Shown piece by piece: positions 19,885 through 29,479 of a DNA stretch of 64,000 nucleotides. Position numbers and translations under genes: made by a program. The notes beneath the pieces are model-generated. The model was given only the letters and a program-made list of their open reading frames with translations. It was not told where the DNA came from and did no database searches. This stretch comes from Armatimonadota bacterium (GTDB lineage Bacteria > Armatimonadota > HRBIN16). The number at the start of each line of letters is the position of its first letter. The stretch's first letter is position 1. Where the stretch lies: NCBI GenBank assembly GCA_963677485.1, contig OY781964.1, positions 4,096,001 through 4,160,000 on the forward strand. The letters run 5' to 3'.

Positions 19885-21225
19885 ATGATGAATCACACTC
19901 TTAAGATCGGCCTCTGCAGGGTGACTGGATCGGCTCTCCTGGTATACGGTTTTCTGACGGCATCTATGGCCAAGCCGGTGAGTATAGACGAATGCGTTCA
20001 GACGGCGCTTGTTCAGAACCGGTCTGTACTTCAGTCTGAGCAGAACGCGAAAAGTGCGGCTGGTAAAGTGAAAGAGCTGGCCGGAGCCGGGCTTCCTAAG
20101 CTCAGTGTTTTCGGTGTCGCCAGCCAGAGAACGGACGAGATCACGGTTCCTCTGGCGGTGGACATCGACGCCAACATGAAGCTGGTGACGGTCGACGCTC
20201 CGCTGGTGCCCAGCTACGTGGCCTCGGCAGGCGTGGCACTGACGCAGGTGCTGGATGTGAGCGGCCTCACCCGCACCGGCGTGAATGTGGCCCGGCTTGG
20301 CGAAAAGGTGGCAATGCTGGATATCGGGCGCACACGCAATGATGTGGTGCTTCTGACGAAGCTGGCGTATTACGATGTGCTCCGTAGCGATGAACTCGTG
20401 GCGGTGGCGCAGGAAGTGATGAAGAACGCGCAGATACGCAAGAAGACCGCCGAAGCGCTGGTGGAAACTGGGATCAGCTCTAAAGTAGATGTGATTCGCG
20501 CCGATGCTGCGATATATGCTGCCCAGCAGAACATCATCAGCTCGCAAAATGCACTGCAGGTGAGTAAGTCGGTGCTGAACCGCGTGCTTGGGCAGGATGT
20601 GAACGCACCGATTGACCTGGTGAAGCCTGATGACGTTAGTGTGAACTATCCGAGTTATGATGAGTGTCTGACGGAGGCACTTGCCAACCGTCCCGAGGTG
20701 GCGATGGCCTCCACCGCGATTGATGTCTCCAAAGGGCGTCACAAGCTGGCGAAGCGCGGGATGGCTCCAGGAGTCTTGCTGAGTGCTGCAGCGCAGTCTG
20801 ACGTCGCGCACGGTAGTCCCAGCGACGAGAACGCCTCCATTGGCGTGAAGATCAGCATCCCGCTCTCCGATGGCGGTGAAACCAGAGGCCGTGCAGAACA
20901 GGCGGCGTCGGAGATACAGTCTGCGATCATCGCCGACGCTGAGATGAAAGCACAGGTCTCGCTGCAGGTCAAGAGCGCCTATGTTCACATACAGAACGCG
21001 GCCGAGAAGCTTAGCACCGCAAACAAGCAGTTGGAGCAGGCGGCTGAGAGCCTTCGGCTGTCGCGCGAACGGTATGAAGAGGGTATGGCCAGCCAGGTTG
21101 AGCTAAGCGATGCTGAGCTGTTATATACGCAGGCCCAAACCAGCGTGGTCAACGCCCGGTATGAGCAGTTCGGCACTCAAGCGGAGCTGGATAGAGCACT
21201 GGGCAAAAACGCGCATAGTCATTGA
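19885..21225 (+). CDS. TolC-family outer membrane efflux protein
   Basis: Signal peptide, duplicated OEP-like repeats (AYYDVL...ETGISSKVDV; RERYEEGMASQVELSDAE), operon context. Confidence 0.88.
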   Translation: MMNHTLKIGLCRVTGSALLVYGFLTASMAKPVSIDECVQTALVQNRSVLQSEQNAKSAAGKVKELAGAGLPKLSVFGVASQRTDEITVPLAVDIDANMKLVTVDAPLVPSYVASAGVALTQVLDVSGLTRTGVNVARLGEKVAMLDIGRTRNDVVLLTKLAYYDVLRSDELVAVAQEVMKNAQIRKKTAEALVETGISSKVDVIRADAAIYAAQQNIISSQNALQVSKSVLNRVLGQDVNAPIDLVKPDDVSVNYPSYDECLTEALANRPEVAMASTAIDVSKGRHKLAKRGMAPGVLLSAAAQSDVAHGSPSDENASIGVKISIPLSDGGETRGRAEQAASEIQSAIIADAEMKAQVSLQVKSAYVHIQNAAEKLSTANKQLEQAAESLRLSRERYEEGMASQVELSDAELLYTQAQTSVVNARYEQFGTQAELDRALGKNAHSH

Positions 21226-21324
21226 TGTAGATTAACTAATCAGCGGTTTAGATAGCCAGCACAGCTGCTCCGAGTGCAGTAAATGTATGTATTACAATGA
21301 ACAGACGCGGAGACGGGAAATGAT

Positions 21325-22089
21325 ATGGAAACATTACACGATGCAGAGCACGATGCAGAGCAAGCGCATCTGGCTAAGGTCGCACTTGAACACGATGATG
21401 CGGATACACGCAGAGATGCTGTTGACCGAATAATCGATCAGCCGTTGTTGGCGATGCTTGCATTGGAGGCTGATGATGTCGTGGTACGCAAAATCGCCTT
21501 CGCTAAGTTAACAGATCATGATTTGGTTTTGAAGCTGGCTCGTGATGCCAATGAGATATATGCACGCAGGATTGAGACACTAAACATGGCCGAACAGGCC
21601 AGACTGGCAGGCATTGCCGAGGGACAGAATAGCGTTGCTGTCAGAAAATCGGCTATACGGCAGCTTGCCGATCAGTCTGTGTTAATGCGTTTGGCGCGAA
21701 CAGATGAAAACACCGATATACGCATTACGGCACTCAGAAAAATGAACAATCAGGCTGCCTTCACCGAATTGGCCTTTTCCGACAAAGATGAGTGTGTGCG
21801 TATGGATGCCGTAAAACACCTTTCTAGTGATGTCCTACTTGAGAAGCTGGCCCTGGAGGACGAATCTGCACGCGTCAGGAACGTGGCAATCTGGCATATC
21901 GACGATCAAACAATGCTTGCGAACCTGGCACTTACTGCGTCAAGAATCGACGTTCGCAAGACCTCCGTTACTCGCCTAACTGACCGTCTATTGTTGACCA
22001 CATTGGCTCAAAGTGATGGAGACGAACAGGTCCGAAAACTAGCTGCGAAGAGGTTAAGGGATATCGAAGCTGATTCGCATCCGGTCTAG
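21325..22089 (+). CDS. HEAT-like helical repeat protein
   Basis: About 25-aa repeats of the form LxxxAxxDxxxxVRxxAxxxLxDQ. Confidence 0.7.
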   Translation: METLHDAEHDAEQAHLAKVALEHDDADTRRDAVDRIIDQPLLAMLALEADDVVVRKIAFAKLTDHDLVLKLARDANEIYARRIETLNMAEQARLAGIAEGQNSVAVRKSAIRQLADQSVLMRLARTDENTDIRITALRKMNNQAAFTELAFSDKDECVRMDAVKHLSSDVLLEKLALEDESARVRNVAIWHIDDQTMLANLALTASRIDVRKTSVTRLTDRLLLTTLAQSDGDEQVRKLAAKRLRDIEADSHPV

Positions 22090-22147
22090 AACCTTTATGA
22101 TTCATGAAAAGGTAGAGATAACCAAGCTGCCATCCCTACGCTAGAAA

Positions 22148-23680
22148 TCACTTCACGACGATCACCTGTGACGCTTTGTGCTGCTGCCCAAAGTAGTCGG
22201 TGGCGGTGAAGTGCATGGTGGTGCTGCCACGCTTCATACCTGACGGAAGTGAGCATTGCCACAGGTGCGGGTTTTTACTTCCATTCCACAATGCATACGC
22301 CGTTGCTGCGACCTCACCCTTTGGCGTCCAGCCTTTTTCGGTGCGCGACATCGGCAAGACAGGGAAACCTGCGATTTGCATCTCAATCTTGGCGCCTTCG
22401 CTGCCCACAAAGAAGTTCACCAGCACATCAGTCGAACCTGCATCCGCCGCAGACACGACGTCTGGTGCAGCGATCTGCATCTGGTAATCGGTGGGCTTGC
22501 GGGCGGCCTTATATCGAATGCTGAAGCGGTTGCCGTTAAAATGCACTGTGGCGTAGCCGTTGGGAGTGCCATCGCTCATCATCGCATTCGGGATGCCAGT
22601 CTCATCAACTGCGCCGCCCCACCAGTTGCCGCAGGATGTGCCCAGCACCACATTCAACAACGGCTGCGGTTGGTCCCAGCCCACGCTTTTACCCATCTGG
22701 CTGAAATATTGGTTGTGCCAGTGGGCAGACATCGCCAGAAGGTTCGGATGATCAGCCAGAAGTGCGAACAGCTTTTTACGGTTGTCCGCTTCCATCTCGG
22801 AAAATGGGATGTGTGACAACATGACCACCAGTTGGTCTTTGGGCAGGAAAGTAAGGTCGGATTTGATGAAATACATCTGCTGGATGCCGATGCTTCCTGT
22901 GTATGTTCTAAAGTCAACCGTAGAGAATGCCGGATTGTCGATGACGAGGAAATGCACCTTCCCCACATCATACGAGTAATAAGAAGGGCCAAAATGCCGT
23001 TCGAAGGTCTCATTGATATATTTGGAGTGTTCATATCCGTCGTAGTTGGTGTCGTGATTCCCTTTGACGTAATACTGTGGGTTGCCGATCTGGCCCATCA
23101 CGGGGATGATATCTTTATATACAGAGAGATCGTCGAACACGATGTCACCAAGAATGGCGGTGAAAGCCGCTTTGGTGCCGATCAGCTCCGCCACGATGTC
23201 GCGCGATAGGTAACCCACCTCTTTGGCGTTCCGCACCTGGGTATCACCCAAGATGATCGCATCGAACTGGCTGGGCTCCGACACGGGCGTTAAAGGAAAG
23301 TCGATGCTGGTTGGCAGGGGACCAGTCGGCTTATTCCCGGCGTATTTCAGTTTTGGAGAGCCAGACGGTTTATAAGTGTAGAAGAACTTTGGGCGGTTCT
23401 GCGCGTCTACGGGTGGCTTCCACTGACTGGGTTTGATGACAAAGATGATATCACCATCGCGGATTGGCAACTGGTATGTGCCGTCTTTGTCGGTGGTGGT
23501 GATGACACGTCCGTTGCTGACGCGCACATCAGGCAAACCTGGTTCGTTGAGTTCACGCGTCTTGTTGGCGTTGAGGTCACTATAGACAATGCCTTGTGCC
23601 CAGGTGGTGTCAGCGTGAGATATCATCGGGCTGCTGGCCTGCAGCGACAATGCGATCATGACTATTACGGGATGCTTCAT
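22148..23680 (-). CDS. Secreted calcineurin-like metallophosphoesterase with N- and C-terminal accessory domains
   Basis: GDTQ, LGDIVFD, GNHD, HIP, AHWH, CGNWW and DGTPNGY motifs; signal peptide MKHPV. Confidence 0.85.
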   Translation of the reverse strand: MKHPVIVMIALSLQASSPMISHADTTWAQGIVYSDLNANKTRELNEPGLPDVRVSNGRVITTTDKDGTYQLPIRDGDIIFVIKPSQWKPPVDAQNRPKFFYTYKPSGSPKLKYAGNKPTGPLPTSIDFPLTPVSEPSQFDAIILGDTQVRNAKEVGYLSRDIVAELIGTKAAFTAILGDIVFDDLSVYKDIIPVMGQIGNPQYYVKGNHDTNYDGYEHSKYINETFERHFGPSYYSYDVGKVHFLVIDNPAFSTVDFRTYTGSIGIQQMYFIKSDLTFLPKDQLVVMLSHIPFSEMEADNRKKLFALLADHPNLLAMSAHWHNQYFSQMGKSVGWDQPQPLLNVVLGTSCGNWWGGAVDETGIPNAMMSDGTPNGYATVHFNGNRFSIRYKAARKPTDYQMQIAAPDVVSAADAGSTDVLVNFFVGSEGAKIEMQIAGFPVLPMSRTEKGWTPKGEVAATAYALWNGSKNPHLWQCSLPSGMKRGSTTMHFTATDYFGQQHKASQVIVVK

Positions 23681-23745
23681 GTTCACTCCTCGACGGAAAT
23701 CTAGTATGTAACTGCTCGTTATAAAGATCATGCCGCCAAACTGCG

Positions 23746-23932
23746 ACGGGTTCCATCAGCCCGCTAAAGCAGGCCTCGTCACCCGTCGCTTATCATCTGG
23801 CTGTCCGCTGAAGCGGACGCGGGGATACGCCCTGCGCCGGCCGGAGCGAAGCGACGCCGGCCGCTAATGATCAGCCACGCGGTGAGGAAATCCTCGTAGG
23901 GACGCCAGTCCCGTGGGGTGACTGAACCCGTG
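23746..23932. repeat. Multi-hairpin palindromic element (REP/IS200-end-like or structured RNA)
   Basis: Closing stem ACGGGTTC...GAACCCGT. Internal hairpins GTCCGCTGAAGCGGAC, CGGCCGGAGCGAAGCGACGCCGGCCG, GAGGAAATCCTC and GGGACGCCAGTCCC. Confidence 0.55.
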
Positions 23933-24122
23933 GCCATTTGCCGAAATCATCAGTTACACCATGGGCTGCCGGGCATGCACGGGCGGGTGCTTGTTATTAA
24001 TATGTTACCGCTAACGCGGGAACACTGGGCGGCTTAACCCAGGTAGGTTAATGTAATAGCGGTACAATAACCGTAGGATCATAGCGCAAATTGACCATGA
24101 GTATGATCACGAGGAGACACCG

Positions 24123-25496
24123 ATGAAAAAGAGTGTGGTAAGCTGCCTGACCATGATGCTGGCGTTGTTGATTGTCAATACTGCGATGGCACAGACAGGA
24201 AATGAGATTGTCCGCGCGTTAAAAAGCAACCCTGTCTATATCAGCCCGAGTATGGAAGGGACGGCGGACGTCGCAAAACTTGAGTCTGTTGTCAGTAAAC
24301 TGAAGCCATTTAACACATATATAGTTGTGGTTCGGAATGTAAATGGCGGTTCTACGCGGCTGGATCAGCTATCCAAATGGCTCAGGACGCAGGTCGGTGT
24401 GAAGAACGGTGTGGTGATCGTGTTGAGCCAGACTGGTGTCCGGGCCAGCTCTGATCGTCGCACACCAGATGATGTGACCTCGGTGTTTCAGTCCACCAGA
24501 AGCCTGTATACCCGCGGTGATGCTACCGCGTTCTTGACGGCGTTCGCTGAGGGTATCGCCGCTGCACGAGCCACGTCACAGCCCATCTCCACGGGCATTG
24601 CTGGTCCAATCAACCTCTGGCCGGCTGTGGGCGGCATCGCACTGTTGGGCGGTGTGGCCTGGGTGGTGGTTCGCCGGAACCGCATGAAGGCGGTCCGTCA
24701 GTTTGCGGATAATCTGAAGCCCAAGCAGACGCAGGTGGTGGACAAGATCATGTCGCTGGACCGCGACATCCAGTTCCTTCCCACCAGCGAGGATGCGCTT
24801 CTGGCGCAGGAAGAGCGGCAAACCTCCGCGGAGCTGCTGGAAAAATCCACGGCCTTAATTAACACCGCCTCAAGGGCGGAGCAGGTGTGGCGTGCTGAAG
24901 AGCTGCTGGACCGCGCCATTGAGCGCACCCACCGATCTGAACTGTATGTGCAACGGGCGAAGGGTGAAAAGGTGGATGTGCCGAAAGAGAGCGTTGAGGA
25001 GAAGATGCGCGACAAGAAGGAGTTCCGCTTAAACGGCTGCTTCTTCTGCAGCAAACCCGAAGGCGTGAACATGGAGCCGGTGGAGATGACGCTGGGGAAC
25101 ACCCAGAAGCGTGTGTATGCCTGCCATGATTGCGCGGAGAAAGTGAAGCGCGGTGAACAACCGCTGATGGCCACCATATCCAGTGGTGACCGCCGGCGAC
25201 CATGGTATGAGGCGGATGACTACGACCCTCGCTACCAGTACGGCAGCTATGGCGGTATGGATATGTTCAGCATGATGGTGATGAGTGACATCATGTTTGG
25301 CGGTTGGGGTCATGCCGGTTACGGCAACAATGGCGGCTGGAACGATAATTCCGGCGGGTTTGGTGACGGCAACAGCGGTGCAGATAACGTGGACTTCGGC
25401 AACACCGACTTCGGCGGCGATGCTGGCGGAGGCGATTTTGACATCGGCGGTTTTGACGGCGGCGACATCGGCGACATCGGCGGCGGCGATTTCTAG
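24123..25496 (+). CDS. Membrane protein: TPM-like exported domain, TM helix, CxxC..CxxC zinc site, Gly/Asp-rich tail
   Basis: Signal peptide, single TM (WPAVGGIALLGGVAWVVV), CFFC and CHDC, and a GGDFDIGGFDGGD tail. Confidence 0.6.
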   Translation: MKKSVVSCLTMMLALLIVNTAMAQTGNEIVRALKSNPVYISPSMEGTADVAKLESVVSKLKPFNTYIVVVRNVNGGSTRLDQLSKWLRTQVGVKNGVVIVLSQTGVRASSDRRTPDDVTSVFQSTRSLYTRGDATAFLTAFAEGIAAARATSQPISTGIAGPINLWPAVGGIALLGGVAWVVVRRNRMKAVRQFADNLKPKQTQVVDKIMSLDRDIQFLPTSEDALLAQEERQTSAELLEKSTALINTASRAEQVWRAEELLDRAIERTHRSELYVQRAKGEKVDVPKESVEEKMRDKKEFRLNGCFFCSKPEGVNMEPVEMTLGNTQKRVYACHDCAEKVKRGEQPLMATISSGDRRRPWYEADDYDPRYQYGSYGGMDMFSMMVMSDIMFGGWGHAGYGNNGGWNDNSGGFGDGNSGADNVDFGNTDFGGDAGGGDFDIGGFDGGDIGDIGGGDF

Positions 25497-25530
25497 CGAT
25501 TACCCGGATTGGGAAGGGCTCACAGGAACG

Positions 25531-25765
25531 TCTGAACCACGGATTACACGGATTTACAGGATGACACGGATGGAGAGGGAACGCCTCACGCGAGGACGCG
25601 AAGGTCGCGAAGGTTTGGAGAGTGAAGCTTTGCTTAGGGATCGATCCGTCCGATTCTACTAATCCGTCGGACCGTACGTCTGAACCACGGATGACACGGA
25701 TTAATTGGATGATACGGATAAGAGACGGAACGCTTCATCCGAAGACTCTGAGGACACGAAAAGTC
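25531..25765 (+). repeat. Two tandem copies of the TCTGAACCACGGAT 9-mer array plus CGCGAAGG array, left of tnpA
   Basis: TCTGAACCACGGATTACACGGATTTACAGGATGACACGGAT at 25531 and a near copy at 25679. Confidence 0.8.
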
Positions 25766-25776
25766 AGGGCGGCAAA

Positions 25777-26427
25777 CGCCCCGGAGGGGCAAGATTCTTT
25801 ACAGCCACGGGTAAGCGAAGCGCAACCCGTGGAGGGTAATCAGAAACCATCTACCCACGAACGTGGGTCGAATGGTTCGATGGAGGTGTATATGTCTGGG
25901 TCACTGGTATCCAACCACGTTCATATAGTATTTAGCACCAGAAAACGAGCTGAATTGATCCGATCTGACCATATGCAGGCCATCATCGCCCAAATGGTCG
26001 ATGTAATAGAAAAATACCATTGTCCGGTTCGGGCGATCGGTGGAACTAGTAACCACATGCACATACTTATATCGCTCAACCAAGAGTGCCGATTGTCATA
26101 TGTGGTGAGGGATGTTAAGGTGGCAACCTCCCATTGGATGCATGAGCAAGGTCTGAATTTCGAATGGCAGGCAGGTTATGGTGCCTTTTCAGTGGGACAA
26201 CGTGAGTTGGGTTTGGTGACGAACTACATAAGAGCACAGGATATACACCATGCGCGGTTTACATTTGATGAGGAATTCATTAAGATGCTGCGGCATGCTC
26301 AGATTGATTTCAACCCGGAGTATGTATTTGGGTGACAGACCCCTTCGGGGTAGAGGGCTTGTTGCTGCTTACCAGGGGTATCGCTTCGCTCACCCCTGGC
26401 TGTAAGGAATCCTGCCCCTTCGGGGCG
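25777..26427 (+). mobile_element. IS200/RAYT-like element: Y1 transposase between 56-bp hairpin-rich inverted repeats
   Basis: 25777-25832 and the reverse complement of 26372-26427 match at 48/56 by eye; each contains two hairpins. Confidence 0.75.
25892..26335 (+). CDS. tnpA: IS200/IS605-family (RAYT-like) HUH Y1 transposase
   Basis: HIVFST, NHMH (HUH), WQAGYGAFSV and YIRAQ (catalytic Tyr); RBS GGAGG. Confidence 0.9.
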   Translation: MSGSLVSNHVHIVFSTRKRAELIRSDHMQAIIAQMVDVIEKYHCPVRAIGGTSNHMHILISLNQECRLSYVVRDVKVATSHWMHEQGLNFEWQAGYGAFSVGQRELGLVTNYIRAQDIHHARFTFDEEFIKMLRHAQIDFNPEYVFG

Positions 26428-26519
26428 CCGGAGGATGCAGACGACATTGGTAATCGTAGATGTCAGACGATACAAGGTGTCGGAGATTGCTGACATTGGC
26501 AAACGCAGTATATGCTTCT

Positions 26520-26672
26520 CCCTCTCTCTCCTTCGCGGCCTTCGCGTCTTCGCGTGAGACATTCCCCTCCATCCGGGCCATCCGTGTAATCCGTGGTTCA
26601 GATAAAAAGCCAGCGGTTGAGACAATCCCGTTCCTCTTCTCCTCATCTCCTCCACTCCTGACTTCTCCCTCC
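26520..26672 (-). repeat. Inverted copy of the TCTGAACC/CGCGAAGG arrays plus pyrimidine-rich tract, right of tnpA
   Basis: Reverse complement reads TCTGAACCACGGATTACACGGATGGCCCGGATGGAGGGGAATGTCTCACGCGAAGACGCGAAGG, matching 25531-25613. Confidence 0.8.
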
Positions 26673-26701
26673 ATAGCCATATTTCCCAATCCAGAAAGAA
26701 A

Positions 26702-26744
26702 AGTAGGGATATACTTGACTTTGTAGTAGGGATTGTGACAGACT
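26702..26744 (+). promoter_or_regulatory. suf operon promoter with putative Rrf2 (IscR-like) operator
   Basis: ATACTTGACTTTGTAGTAGGGATT resembles the IscR type-1 box; AGTAGGGAT occurs twice; -35 TTGACT. Confidence 0.5.
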
Positions 26745-26762
26745 AATAGTGGAGAACGAATT

Positions 26763-27290
26763 ATGAAGATTACCGCACAAGAAGAATATGGACTTCGATG
26801 CCTGATGAACCTCGCTAGAAGGGTGCCGGGTCAGACCGTGAATGCCCGCGAAATATCCGAAGGCGAAGGACTGTCGGTGGCATACGTGGAAAAAATCCTG
26901 CATCAGCTCACACGAAGCGGCCTCACCGAAAGCGTGCGAGGTGCTTCCGGTGGATACCGCCTGAAACGCATGAATGATGCCATCACATTGCGCCAGGCGC
27001 TAGATGCGCTGGGCGGCGTGATCAACACCATGGATGTATGCGACCAGTACACCGGCTCGCATGAGGTGTGTGTTCACCAGCATGCAGGGTGTGGTATCCG
27101 AAGCGTTTGGGGATTCATCGGCGACTATCTGTCGCTGGTATTCGACAGCATCACCCTGAGGGATTTAGTCGACGGCAATTTCCCGATGCAGATGGAGCCG
27201 CTCCGGTATGCCAGGGAATCGCTGAGTCCAGCAAATACCGAAAACACTGATCAATTCGTAGCTGCGCCACAGGAGGCAGAACTTAAATGA
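26763..27290 (+). CDS. Rrf2-family Fe-S regulator (IscR/SufR-like)
   Basis: EEYGLRC, SVRGASGGY and three C-terminal Cys; heads the suf operon. Confidence 0.9.
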   Translation: MKITAQEEYGLRCLMNLARRVPGQTVNAREISEGEGLSVAYVEKILHQLTRSGLTESVRGASGGYRLKRMNDAITLRQALDALGGVINTMDVCDQYTGSHEVCVHQHAGCGIRSVWGFIGDYLSLVFDSITLRDLVDGNFPMQMEPLRYARESLSPANTENTDQFVAAPQEAELK

Positions 27291-28063
27291 GCCAGCAACC
27301 ACTTATAAATATTGAAAATCTGCATGTGTCCGTGCAAGGCAAGCCCATCCTGAAGGGTCTGAACCTGATGATGATGCCCGGCGAGATACACGCCATCATG
27401 GGCCCGAATGGTTCAGGTAAAAGCACACTTGCCTCCACGTTGATGGGCCACCCGAGCTTCGAAATTACCGATGGTTCCGTCAGCTTCCGTGGTCAGGACC
27501 TGCTGGCAATGAGCGTGGATGAGCGCGCCCGGGCGGGGGTCTTTCTGGCATTCCAGTATCCGGTGGCTATCCCGGGTGTGTCAGTGGCCAGCTTCTTGCG
27601 AACGGCTATGAAGTCACTGCATGGTGCAGACATGAGCGCCCGCGACTTCCGCGCTTCCTTGAAGAAAGAGTTCAAGCACCTCACCATGGACGAAAAGTTC
27701 GCCACACGGTATGTGAATGACGGTTTCTCGGGCGGTGAGAAAAAGCGGCTGGAAATCGCCCAACTGGGCATGATCAAACCGCACCTGGCGATCCTTGATG
27801 AAACAGACAGCGGCCTGGACATCGACGCACTGAAAATAGTGGCCGAAAATGTGATGCGCAACTTCAACGAGTCCGGCGAAATGTCACTTCTGGTGATCAC
27901 TCACTACCAGCGGCTTCTCCGGTATATCCCTCCCATGGTGGTGCATGTGCTGGCGGACGGCCGCATCATCAAAAACGGCGACAAAGAGTTGGCGCACGAG
28001 CTTGAAACCCGTGGCTACGACTGGGTATTGGCGGAGGCTGGAGTTCAGCAGGAGGTCAAGTAG
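27287..28063 (+). CDS. sufC: Fe-S assembly ATPase SufC
   Basis: GPNGSGKSTL, AFQYPVAIPG, GFSGGEKKR, DETDSGLDIDAL, ITHYQRLL. Confidence 0.97.
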   Translation: MSQQPLINIENLHVSVQGKPILKGLNLMMMPGEIHAIMGPNGSGKSTLASTLMGHPSFEITDGSVSFRGQDLLAMSVDERARAGVFLAFQYPVAIPGVSVASFLRTAMKSLHGADMSARDFRASLKKEFKHLTMDEKFATRYVNDGFSGGEKKRLEIAQLGMIKPHLAILDETDSGLDIDALKIVAENVMRNFNESGEMSLLVITHYQRLLRYIPPMVVHVLADGRIIKNGDKELAHELETRGYDWVLAEAGVQQEVK

Positions 28064-29479
28064 ATGGCTGCAGATGACAACGTCCGGAGCATAAGCCCGG
28101 AATACGAATACGGATTTCACGACGATGATTTCGTCGCTGCCTTCAAAAGTGAGCGCGGACTGACGAAACGCGTGGTTGAGATGATCTCCGGCATGAAGAA
28201 TGAGCCGACCTGGATGCTGGAACAGCGGCTGAAGGCGCTCGCTATCTTCGAGAGCAAGCCGATGCCCACCTGGGGAAACACCCAGATGCTCAACGAGATC
28301 GACTTTGACAACATCTTTTACTACATCAAACCCTCCGAAAAGATGGGCAGAACCTGGGACGATGTGCCGACTTCAATCCGCGACACCTTTGAGAAGCTGG
28401 GCATTCCAGAAGCTGAGCGCAGCCTTCTGGCTGGCGTCAGCGCGCAATATGAATCTGAAGTGGTGTATCACTCCATCCGCGAGGACCTGGAGGCGCAAGG
28501 CGTCATCTTTACGGACATGGACTCGGCGCTGCGCGAATACCCCGACATCGTGAAGCGCTATTTCGGCAAGGTGATCCCATCGGCGGACAATAAGTTCTCC
28601 GCGCTGAATACGGCCGTATGGTCAGGTGGATCCTTTGTGTATGTTCCTCCGGGCAAGAATGTGGAGATCCCTCTGCAAGCCTACTTCCGCATCAACACGG
28701 AGAACATGGGACAGTTTGAGCGCACGCTGATCATTGCGGACGAAGGCTCCCGCGTGCACTACGTGGAGGGCTGCACCGCACCGATCTACAGCTCCGACTC
28801 GCTGCACGGCGCCGTGGTGGAACTAGTGGCGCATAAGAGCGCGCATGTTCGCTACACCACCATCCAAAACTGGAGCAAGAACGTCTACAACCTCGTGACC
28901 AAGCGGGCCGTAGCGCATGAAGATGCGGTGATTGAGTGGGTGGATGGCAACATGGGCAGCAAGCTGACCATGAAGTATCCGGCCGTCTACCTGATGGGCC
29001 GTGGAGCGCGTGGAGACATGCTGAGCATCGCCTTTGCAGGCCGTGACCAGCACCAGGACACCGGCGCCAAGATGGTTCACCTGGCACCCGACACCAGCAG
29101 CACCATCGTCAGCAAGTCTATCAGCAAGGACGGCGGTCGGGCAGGCTACCGCGGTCTGGTTCAGGTGAACCCGGGGTGCACCGGCGTGAAAGCGAACGTG
29201 CGTTGCGATGCGTTGATCCTGGACGACCAGTCCCGCAGCGACACCTATCCCACGATGAACATCCGTGAGAGCGGCGTGCGCGTGGAGCATGAGGCCACCG
29301 TCAGCAAGGTCGGCGACGAGCAGTTGTTCTACCTGATGAGTAGGGGACTGACCGAGCAACAGGCCGTCACCACCATCATCAATGGCTTCTTCGAGCCGTT
29401 TGCACGGGAGCTTCCGCTGGAATACGCAGTGGAGTTAAACCGGCTGATCGCACTGGAGATGGAGGGCTCGGTAGGGTAA
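28064..29479 (+). CDS. sufB: Fe-S assembly protein SufB
   Basis: [42 protein letters not shown]. Confidence 0.97.
   Translation: MAADDNVRSISPEYEYGFHDDDFVAAFKSERGLTKRVVEMISGMKNEPTWMLEQRLKALAIFESKPMPTWGNTQMLNEIDFDNIFYYIKPSEKMGRTWDDVPTSIRDTFEKLGIPEAERSLLAGVSAQYESEVVYHSIREDLEAQGVIFTDMDSALREYPDIVKRYFGKVIPSADNKFSALNTAVWSGGSFVYVPPGKNVEIPLQAYFRINTENMGQFERTLIIADEGSRVHYVEGCTAPIYSSDSLHGAVVELVAHKSAHVRYTTIQNWSKNVYNLVTKRAVAHEDAVIEWVDGNMGSKLTMKYPAVYLMGRGARGDMLSIAFAGRDQHQDTGAKMVHLAPDTSSTIVSKSISKDGGRAGYRGLVQVNPGCTGVKANVRCDALILDDQSRSDTYPTMNIRESGVRVEHEATVSKVGDEQLFYLMSRGLTEQQAVTTIINGFFEPFARELPLEYAVELNRLIALEMEGSVG

Noticed and set aside
19843-20988. Long antisense ORF opposite tolC and similar shadow ORFs
   Set aside because: They overlap well-supported genes on the other strand and show no recognisable motifs.
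25531-25765. CRISPR array
   Set aside because: Units are 9-bp tandem repeats without unique, regularly sized spacers, and there are no cas genes.
25622-25891. N-terminal extension of TnpA (237-aa ORF)
   Set aside because: It runs through repeat arrays; the RBS and homology support ATG 25892.
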